Of a stretch of 13,071 nt of DNA, positions 1-6,129 are shown piece by piece (within the stretch, counting starts at the first letter, position 1; every line of letters starts with the position of its first letter). Source of the DNA: Gemmatimonadota bacterium. GTDB taxonomy: Bacteria > Gemmatimonadota > Gemmatimonadetes > Palauibacterales > KS3-K002. The notes below the pieces were generated by a model. It was not told the DNA's origin, did not search any database, and worked only from the letters and a program-made list of their open reading frames with translations. Position numbers and translations under genes: made by a program. Location of the stretch: positions 1 to 13,071 of the forward strand of contig JBDHJS010000072.1 in assembly GCA_039586795.1 (NCBI GenBank). Reading direction: 5' to 3'.

Positions 1-1
1 C

Positions 2-466
2 GCGCTCCCGACCAGTGATGATGGCCACCGCAGATGCTTCCTCGTGGTGCGTGATGGGAATCTCGCAGAAGGCGGCTACGGCGAGGCCGGCGGTTATACC
101 GGGAACCATCTCGTACTGAATGCCAGCTTCACGCAGCGCTTCCTCTTCGTCGGCGCCGCGACCGAACACCGACGGATCCCCACCCTTCAGTCTCACCACG
201 GTGCGGCCCTTCCGGGCCTCCATGAGCATGCGCGCAGTGATCTCGTCGGGGCTCATCGCGCGCCCGAGCTTGTGATGACCCAGACCCACCAACTCCGCCG
301 CCAGGTTCGCGTGCTCGAGCACGGCTGGATTGACGAGGTAGTCGTAAAGAACGACATCTGCCTGCTTGAGGCACTCGATACCTCGGTACGTGATCAAGCC
401 GGGATGGCCGGGTCCCGCGCCGACCAGGTAGACGATTCCTGAAGGTTTGCTGGCTGATTGGGTCAT
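2..466 (-). CDS. cobA: Uroporphyrinogen-III C-methyltransferase (SUMT, CobA/CysG-A), N-terminal part; runs off the window edge and could be a CobA-HemD fusion
   Basis: Not in the ORF track because it has no stop in the window. Manual translation from ATG at 466 gives MTQSASKPSGIVYLVGAGPGHPGLITYRGIECLKQADVVLYDYLV...VVRLKGGDPSVFGRGADEEEAL...VPGITAG, with the hallmark SUMT motifs VYLVGAGPG, RLKGGDP and VPGIT. The start overlaps the cbiX stop (ATGA, 463-466). Confidence 0.93.
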   Translation of the reverse strand, partial: MTQSASKPSGIVYLVGAGPGHPGLITYRGIECLKQADVVLYDYLVNPAVLEHANLAAELVGLGHHKLGRAMSPDEITARMLMEARKGRTVVRLKGGDPSVFGRGADEEEALREAGIQYEMVPGITAGLAVAAFCEIPITHHEEASAVAIITGRER

Positions 467-831
467 ACGTTTGGCTCGCGTTCTTCCAGAGCGATCTTGC
501 CCAAAAGCTCACTGAACAACGGGTGCTGCCCAACGGCTGTCAGCAATTCTAGATCAACAGACGGATGTAGCTCTCGTAGCCGGTCGACCTCGGGACGAAT
601 ATCACGTTCCACGTGTCCCTCGTTGGTAATGAACAGCGGCAGCACGCGAAGATGAATTACCCCCTTCCCAATGGCCTCGCAGACCACGTCCTCCAGCGTC
701 GGTGGCGTCAGGTCCATGTAGGCGAGCCGCACTCGGTCGGGGCCGATCCGGGACGCGATAGACTCCGTCAGTCTTTCCGCCGAGGACCTCCAGTTCGGAT
801 CGCGGCTTCCGTGGGCGACCAGGATCAGCAT
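463..831 (-). CDS. Single-domain CbiX/SirB-family sirohydrochlorin chelatase
   Basis: Motifs ILVAHGSRDP, LAYMDLTPPTL, VLPLFITNEGHV (second His) and AVGQHP; 122 aa; GGAG ribosome-binding site just upstream; coupled to cobA. Confidence 0.88.
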   Translation of the reverse strand: MLILVAHGSRDPNWRSSAERLTESIASRIGPDRVRLAYMDLTPPTLEDVVCEAIGKGVIHLRVLPLFITNEGHVERDIRPEVDRLRELHPSVDLELLTAVGQHPLFSELLGKIALEEREPNV

Positions 832-847
832 GGCAACTCCGTCTCGA

Positions 848-869
848 CCGGCGAGGTTGGCTTCGCCGG
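848..869 (-). other. GC-rich hairpin in the rex-cbiX intergenic region
   Basis: CCGGCGA(848-854) pairs with TCGCCGG(863-869), immediately 5' of the cbiX RBS on the mRNA; there is no U-tract. Confidence 0.4.
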
Positions 870-928
870 GGAAGTCTCATCGGTTATCTAGATTCAAGGC
901 GAATTTTAGGGCCTCGAAACGCCCAGGC

Positions 929-1561
929 CTAGTGGGTCAGGTGGTAGGCGATCTCCGAAAGACCCAGCGAGATATGCTCGTTGCGCACGAAGACATCGGG
1001 CGGGACCGTCACACGTGTGGGTGTGAAGTTCCAGATCGCTTTGATCCCGGCCGACACCAATCGGTCTGTCAACTTCTGAGACACAGCAGCGGGCGTCGTC
1101 AGAATAGCCAACTGTATATCGTGCCTGCGAATAAACGGCTTCAAGCCTCTCATCGGCTTGATGGGATGTCCCGCAACCTTGCTACCGATCTTCTGCTGGT
1201 CGTTGTCAAATACAGCCACGATGTCCAAACCGTAGCTGGCGAAACCTTTGTACGCCGCAAGCGCGCTGCCCAGATGACCAGCGCCAACTACGATCGCTTC
1301 GTACTGCTGGTCGAAGCCGAGTACAAAACGAATGGCGCGGCACACTTCGCAAACCTCGAAGCCGACACGGCCCATCCCCAGGATCCCGATCGCACCAAAG
1401 TCCTTGCGGACCTGTGTCGGATCTATGTCCAGGGCCTCCGCGATCTGGGCGCTCGTGACGGTCTTGAGCTTCTTACCCGCCGACTCGGTCAGCCAGCGGT
1501 AGTAACGCATCAACCGCTCGAGGACCACTCTGCGCAGCCGTGTGTTTTCCTTACCTGCCAA
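929..1561 (-). CDS. rex: Redox-sensing transcriptional repressor Rex (divergent)
   Basis: Winged-helix part ERLMRYYRWL...TSAQIAEALDIDPTQVRKDF, Rossmann motif VVGAGHLGSAL, AVFDND, and GIKAIWNFTP. The start is reassigned to TTG at 1561, giving 210 aa (typical Rex size) with AGGGGGG upstream. The ORF-track extension to 1714 overlaps the promoter. Confidence 0.93.
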   Translation of the reverse strand: MAGKENTRLRRVVLERLMRYYRWLTESAGKKLKTVTSAQIAEALDIDPTQVRKDFGAIGILGMGRVGFEVCEVCRAIRFVLGFDQQYEAIVVGAGHLGSALAAYKGFASYGLDIVAVFDNDQQKIGSKVAGHPIKPMRGLKPFIRRHDIQLAILTTPAAVSQKLTDRLVSAGIKAIWNFTPTRVTVPPDVFVRNEHISLGLSEIAYHLTH

Positions 1562-1601
1562 ATCCGCCCCCCTGAGCGCTGGAATCGCGGGCAGCGCACA
1601 A

Positions 1602-1619
1602 TTTGAGATATTTCGCACG
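1602..1619. promoter_or_regulatory. Putative Rex-like operator, downstream copy
   Basis: TTTGAGATATTTCGCACG is 14/18 identical to the box at 1665-1682 and lies between the -10 box and the rex start codon. Confidence 0.45.
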
Positions 1620-1631
1620 TTTACCCCGTTC

Positions 1632-1659
1632 ATTCTAGCATCGAACTTGCCGGCGTCAA
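1632..1659 (-). promoter_or_regulatory. Sigma70-type promoter for rex-cbiX-cobA
   Basis: Minus strand reads TTGACG-N16-TAGAAT, with TG-n directly before the -10 box (extended -10). Confidence 0.7.
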
Positions 1660-1663
1660 GCCC

Positions 1664-1683
1664 TTGTGAGATTTTTTTCACGA
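1664..1683. promoter_or_regulatory. Putative Rex-like operator, upstream copy
   Basis: Imperfect palindrome TTGTGAG-ATTTTT-TTCACGA abutting the -35 box. The half-sites resemble the Rex consensus TTGTGAA/TTCACAA, but the spacer is 2 bp longer. Confidence 0.6.
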
Positions 1684-1820
1684 TTAGTCCACCGGCCACG
1701 CGGGGGCCTAACACCCTTAAAAATACTGGGTTTTCACAGGTGCGCGACGGGCGAATCTAAGGTGGCGACGTTGGTCCGCCTGGCGCTGGATCCGCCGGGC
1801 GTCGTCGTTTGGAGACCCCC

Positions 1821-3497
1821 TCAGCGGACGCCCAAACGGGCGACCAGCCAGTCCGCCATGTAGGTGAGGAAGCCAGGATCGACTTTGGCCGTTGGGTCGG
1901 CGTATTCGGCCGTGCCCTGGCCTTTGCTGACAGCGAGCAGGTGATTTAGGTCGGGGAAGATCCGGACCTCGTGGTCGGGGTGATCGACGTCGTCCAGTGC
2001 CGCGCCCAGCCGTTCGGCATGCACCGGGGGCACCTGCACATCAGCTCCTCCGCTTACGATCAAAACGGGCGCCCGTACCTGCCGGATGGTGGCTTCAGGC
2101 AAATTCTCCATATGCTCCTTGAACCACTTCCGATTACTAGCCAGTGTCCTGACGATGTCAGGAACATCGATGGAGTCGGTATCGGCACCCTGGCGAATCG
2201 CCTCAGCGAACTCCCCTATGCTCTTCCGGGTCTGGGCCACTGATGCGGAGTCGGCACCCGCCTCGATAGCCCCGGCGGCAACCTGGTCCATGATGACCGA
2301 GTCGAGGGGCGCCGCGGTCCCCGCCATCAAGACGACTGCGGTGATTCGAGAATCGTCCGCCGCCACAATCGGAGCTATGATCCCACCCTCGCTGTGGCCA
2401 ACGAGGCCGACACGCGCCGGGTCTATGCCGTCCCTGGCGCGCAGGTAGCGAACCGCCGCCTCCACATCGTGCACCAGGTCACTGAGCCCAGCCGTTGCCA
2501 GGCTGCCGCCGCTGCCCCCGACGCCACGATCGTCATAACGAAGGACGGCGATGCCGCGACGCGTTAGCGTGTCGGCGATAACCCTGAAGATCCCCATCTT
2601 CAGGCCGCCGGGGCCCTCGGTATCCTCGTCCCGGTTCTGGGGACCGGAACCCGTGATCAGAACCACAGCGGGCCACGGCCCAGCTCCCCGGGGCGTGGTG
2701 ACCGTCCCGGCCAACGTGATGTCGCCGGAAGCGAACTCGACATCCTCCGCATCATAGGGCGGCGGCGCGGAAGCATTCGTCCCGGTCTCTTCGGCTTTGG
2801 GATCGAGCAGAGGCGCCCAGTCTGAGTACGCTTCGTTCACGCCTTCGAATGCCTGGAGGGGGACGATGAGCTTGAGAGGTTCGCCGTCGGCATCTACCCA
2901 CACATAGATGCCGAGCTGGTTCGCCACGTTCAGGTAGTAGCGTCGAATCGACAGCGCCTGCCCATCCTTCGAAACTTGCCCCTCGTACTGAAGCTCGACG
3001 TCGATGGGAACGCGGGGAAAGGCGAAGAAGCTCCGGCTTTCGCCGATGCCAGCACTATGAAGCCAGGCGAACTGTACCACGTGGAGCATGACGTTATTTG
3101 TGACGAGTATGGAGTTCGCGGGAGTCTCCAGCGTGTCCGCTCGCGAGGCACCACCCTCTGTGACCTGAATACCCAAGCCACCCTCGCGTGTCAGCGTCAC
3201 CGTACTCGTGTCGCCGTTGACCACGGCCAACACACGCGCGTCGATGAACTCGAAGCCGCTTCCGGCCCGGGCCTCGACGTTTTGAATGAGGTGTAGGCCA
3301 GGGACCTGGAGATTGACATCCGTTCGGAGGAAGTAGCCGCCGCTAGCAAGCGCCTCCACGTGGAAGGTCTCCGAGCCGGCATCGCTGCCGCCCAGCTTGA
3401 GGAGGAGCGTGGCGTCGACCTGTGATGGGACCTGCGCCACGAGTCCGGTGGCCGCCGCGAAGACAAGAAAGATGGCCGCGAATGACCTGCCCAGCAT
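1821..3497 (-). CDS. Secreted two-domain alpha/beta-fold serine hydrolase (esterase/peptidase S9/S33-like) with an N-terminal beta-rich domain
   Basis: Signal peptide MLGRSFAAIFLVFAAATGLVA; motifs VVLITGSGPQNRDE and LRYDDRGVGGS; nucleophile elbow GHSEGG; acid in GGADVQV; His in PDLNHLL. Confidence 0.88.
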   Translation of the reverse strand: MLGRSFAAIFLVFAAATGLVAQVPSQVDATLLLKLGGSDAGSETFHVEALASGGYFLRTDVNLQVPGLHLIQNVEARAGSGFEFIDARVLAVVNGDTSTVTLTREGGLGIQVTEGGASRADTLETPANSILVTNNVMLHVVQFAWLHSAGIGESRSFFAFPRVPIDVELQYEGQVSKDGQALSIRRYYLNVANQLGIYVWVDADGEPLKLIVPLQAFEGVNEAYSDWAPLLDPKAEETGTNASAPPPYDAEDVEFASGDITLAGTVTTPRGAGPWPAVVLITGSGPQNRDEDTEGPGGLKMGIFRVIADTLTRRGIAVLRYDDRGVGGSGGSLATAGLSDLVHDVEAAVRYLRARDGIDPARVGLVGHSEGGIIAPIVAADDSRITAVVLMAGTAAPLDSVIMDQVAAGAIEAGADSASVAQTRKSIGEFAEAIRQGADTDSIDVPDIVRTLASNRKWFKEHMENLPEATIRQVRAPVLIVSGGADVQVPPVHAERLGAALDDVDHPDHEVRIFPDLNHLLAVSKGQGTAEYADPTAKVDPGFLTYMADWLVARLGVR

Positions 3498-3558
3498 GAT
3501 TCACCTACCTGTCCGGGGTACCAGGGCTAATAGGGCCAATCGCCTGCCGCTGCGAGGT

Positions 3559-3879
3559 CTATAGCGGCTCCAGAACTACTCCGTTCCCGTAGACCACGAT
3601 CTCCGCCGCACCGCCCATCACGTAGGAAGTGGAGAAGCGAACATCGGTGATGCCGTTGGCGCCGAGCTCGTTGGCCTGGGCGACCATGCGGTCGAGGGCC
3701 TGTTCCCGCGCCTCCCCCATCATCTTCGTGTACTCCTCGATCTCGCCACCGACGATGCCTTTAAGCGCGGCGAGTACATCCTTGCCGAGGTGGCGGGCGC
3801 GGATCGTGTTACCGCGGACCAGGCCGAGCGTCTCGACGACGCGGTAACCGACGACCTCCGATGCTGGTGTGATGATCAT
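3559..3879 (-). CDS. YbjQ/UPF0145 family protein (putative heavy-metal-binding)
   Basis: Family-typical sequence LGLVRGNTIRARHLGKD...GGEIEEYT...AREQALDRMVAQANELGANGITDVRF; 106 aa; ATGA overlap with the upstream gene. Confidence 0.92.
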   Translation of the reverse strand: MIITPASEVVGYRVVETLGLVRGNTIRARHLGKDVLAALKGIVGGEIEEYTKMMGEAREQALDRMVAQANELGANGITDVRFSTSYVMGGAAEIVVYGNGVVLEPL

Positions 3880-4343
3880 CGCTCAACGTCCTTGTATCGC
3901 TGCCGACTGCGGAGGAACACCTTCTCCCTAACCACCGAGACCAACAAGACCACGAGCCCGATCACGACAGCAAGGATTGCCGCCTTCAAGAACCAGGGAA
4001 TCTCCGTATCGGCGATCAGCTGTTGGACACCCTGCCAGGCGCCGTAGGCCAGCAGGATGATCGCACCGATCGAAGCGAATATCCAGCCGACGCCACGCTC
4101 GAAACGACTGTAGACCGATGTCCAGTAGGAGTCCCAGATTTCCTCGGGAGCGGGTTTGAACGCCATCGAGTCCGTTACCTCCTTCAGACGCTGAAAGCGC
4201 TTCCGTTCCTTTTCGAGCTCCGGGTCACCAGCGACAAGCTGATTCAGCTCCTGCCGCTCCGCCGCGTCCAGCTCGCCATCCAGCTCTGCCATCATGAGGC
4301 GGCGGGCGCGCTCGTTCGGGACCCGTGCTTCGCTCTGGTTCAC
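3876..4343 (-). CDS. Probable membrane-bound anti-sigma factor (zf-HC2-like N-terminus lacking His/Cys; two TM helices)
   Basis: LMMAELDGELDAAERQELNQLVAGDPEL resembles the anti-sigma domain pattern; two hydrophobic segments (GVGWIFASIGAIILLAYGAW and IPWFLKAAILAVVIGLVVLLVSVV); GTGA overlap with the sigma gene. Confidence 0.8.
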   Translation of the reverse strand: MNQSEARVPNERARRLMMAELDGELDAAERQELNQLVAGDPELEKERKRFQRLKEVTDSMAFKPAPEEIWDSYWTSVYSRFERGVGWIFASIGAIILLAYGAWQGVQQLIADTEIPWFLKAAILAVVIGLVVLLVSVVREKVFLRSRQRYKDVER

Positions 4344-4924
4344 AACACGTCCTCCAGTTTCTCGGCAAGGCTCCGGCGGGCGGAGTACAGCCGCGACATC
4401 ACCGTTCCGATTGGGATCCCCAGCAGTTCGGCGATCTCTCGGTATCGGAGTCCCTCGAATTCCTTGAGGACCAGCACCTCGCGCTCCCGGTCGGACAGCT
4501 CCTCGATCGCCTCTTCCAAACGGGCTCGGAGCTCTGAGCGCTCGGCCGCTTTACCGGGGTCGGTTGCGGCCGCTCGGACTCCGGCCTCCTCCTTCAACCA
4601 CGGCGTTGCCATCTCCATCCGACGGTAGCGGGTTCGGCGGTCCCGGAGGAAATTGAAGCACAGGCGCCTCACGATCTGGTAGATCCAGGCGTAGAAGGGC
4701 CGCTCCGGATCGAGGGATTCCCGGGCGCGGTAGGCTCGCGCAAATGCCTCTTGGGAGAGGTCAAGGGCGTCGTCGTGGGAGCCCACCAGGCCCAGCGCTA
4801 CGTAATAGGCGCGGCGCATATAGCGGGTTACCAACTCACCGAAAGCCTGACTGTCCCCGTCACGTGCCCGGGCGACCAGGGCTCGCTCGCTGAGCTCCAC
4901 CTCTTGTACCAAAGCCATCTCCAC
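4340..4924 (-). CDS. ECF-subfamily sigma-70 factor (RpoE/SigW-like)
   Basis: Region 2: AFGELVTRY...DALDLSQEAFARAY...FYAWIYQIVRRLCFNFLR. Region 4: LSDREREVLVLKEFEGLRYREIAELLGIPIGTVMSRLYSARRSL. The exact start (GTG 4924 or a nearby ATG) is uncertain. Confidence 0.95.
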   Translation of the reverse strand: MEMALVQEVELSERALVARARDGDSQAFGELVTRYMRRAYYVALGLVGSHDDALDLSQEAFARAYRARESLDPERPFYAWIYQIVRRLCFNFLRDRRTRYRRMEMATPWLKEEAGVRAAATDPGKAAERSELRARLEEAIEELSDREREVLVLKEFEGLRYREIAELLGIPIGTVMSRLYSARRSLAEKLEDVL

Positions 4925-4957
4925 GGGAAACTCCGTTCCGCCGGTCCTCGTATCCTA

Positions 4958-4987
4958 TAGATACACACCTGCGGAACGATTATTCAC
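4958..4987 (-). promoter_or_regulatory. Candidate ECF autoregulatory promoter
   Basis: Minus strand GTGAAT-N16-TGTATCTA about 35 bp upstream of the sigma gene; loosely resembles the SigW-type TGAAAC-N16-CGTA. Confidence 0.35.
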
Positions 4988-5017
4988 AGCGGACCCTTCG
5001 AACCCCAGAAGATTGGC

Positions 5018-6067
5018 ATGGAAGAGCGCCCGGAGCCAGAAGCACCCGGAAACCGAGTCCTGCCGCCCTGGATACTGCGGCTGGCGGCGATCCTCGAGGT
5101 CATGTCGGTCCTGGTAGGCGGCACGATCCTGGCCCGCATCGTCGCTGGCCGTATTGGGCTGGCTCGCTCCCGGGATCTGATCAACTCGCTCCCCGAGGGA
5201 GCGGCGCCGGATTTCCTGCGCATGGCCTGGATATCGGCGGTGGATTTGCTGATCAAGTACGGGATCATGTTCGGTCTGGCCTACGCCATCGGCCGTTGGC
5301 ATCGAGGACGACGGTTGCCTCAGTATGGACTCACGCTGAACAGCCAGCGCATGAGCCTGCTCGCCGGCATCGGCGTCCTGCTGTATTGCGTCAGCGCCCT
5401 GCCTCCCACGCTTCTGACGACGGCAGCCGCTTACGTTGACCTGGGCGCCGGGCCAGAGCACTGGTCGATCCTGTCCAACGAATGGAACCTCGGATTCTGG
5501 GTCTTCATGGCTGCGACCAGCTTTCTGCTGGTACCGTTTCTCGAAGAACTCTTCGTGCGCGGCTATTTCCAAACGCGACTGATCGAAGACTACGGCACCG
5601 CCGGCGGTATCGTTATCACCGCCTTCGTGTTCGGGTTCAGTCACACGCAATACTTCGCCGCCAGCGTCATGAGCCTGGGCATGTTGGCGAGCATCGTCAT
5701 CGGATCGATCATCTCAGGCTACGTCTTCTACCGCACGAAGTCATTGGTACCGGTGATCGTCGCCCACATGATCGTCAACATTCCGATGATTCCGGTCGTC
5801 GAACGCGTCGCGCTCGCCGCGATGATACTGATGATACTCATCTACCACCGGGCTATCGCGGTGTGGGCGCGTGACCTATTCACCGAACTGCGCCGGATGG
5901 AATCTGTACCAGGTGTGCTTGTCGCACTGCTGGTCTTTGGGCTGCTGTTAGTGGTCGTGCTGATATCACCCTACGTCGCCCTCGGGCTGGTCGCCGCGGG
6001 AGCGCTCATCGCCATCATCATCGAAGCGAAAGACAGGGCAAGCGTCTCCAGAGTTGCTCGGGCATGA
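5018..6067 (+). CDS. CPBP-family (Abi/CAAX, Rce1-like) intramembrane glutamic endopeptidase
   Basis: Multiple TM segments; motifs PFLEELFVRG (EExxxR), FGFSH (FxxxH) and AHMIVN (HxxxN). Confidence 0.9.
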   Translation: MEERPEPEAPGNRVLPPWILRLAAILEVMSVLVGGTILARIVAGRIGLARSRDLINSLPEGAAPDFLRMAWISAVDLLIKYGIMFGLAYAIGRWHRGRRLPQYGLTLNSQRMSLLAGIGVLLYCVSALPPTLLTTAAAYVDLGAGPEHWSILSNEWNLGFWVFMAATSFLLVPFLEELFVRGYFQTRLIEDYGTAGGIVITAFVFGFSHTQYFAASVMSLGMLASIVIGSIISGYVFYRTKSLVPVIVAHMIVNIPMIPVVERVALAAMILMILIYHRAIAVWARDLFTELRRMESVPGVLVALLVFGLLLVVVLISPYVALGLVAAGALIAIIIEAKDRASVSRVARA

Positions 6068-6076
6068 GTTACTCAC

Positions 6077-6105
6077 AAAAAAAACCGGGCGCCGAAGCGC
6101 CCGGT
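6077..6105 (-). terminator. Intrinsic terminator of the minor-pilin operon (may act in both directions)
   Basis: Perfect 9-bp stem ACCGGGCGC/GCGCCCGGT with a UUCG loop on the minus-strand RNA, followed by U8 (A8 at 6077-6084 on +); lies between convergent genes. Confidence 0.9.
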
Positions 6106-6129
6106 CCCAGCCCACGCCATCGGAGAGTT

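Noticed and set aside
129..533. ORF-track 134-aa minus ORF and the 44..442 plus ORF
   Set aside because: They are an off-frame and an antisense shadow of the real cobA frame that starts at 466.
830..1606. 258-aa plus-strand ORF
   Set aside because: Antisense shadow of rex with no recognisable motifs; expected in GC-rich DNA.
1562..1714. 51-aa N-terminal extension of Rex in the ORF track
   Set aside because: It covers the AT-rich promoter and operators; TTG 1561 has an RBS and gives normal Rex length.
1722..1740. Possible third Rex box (TTTTCACAG)
   Set aside because: Only a half-site; no matching partner half at either spacing.
1806..1838. Inverted repeat CGTTTGG/CCAAACG across the hydrolase stop
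   Set aside because: Short stem with a long loop and no U-tract; not a supportable terminator.
4955..5650. 231-aa minus-strand ORF
   Set aside because: Antisense to the CPBP protease gene, which has clear catalytic motifs.
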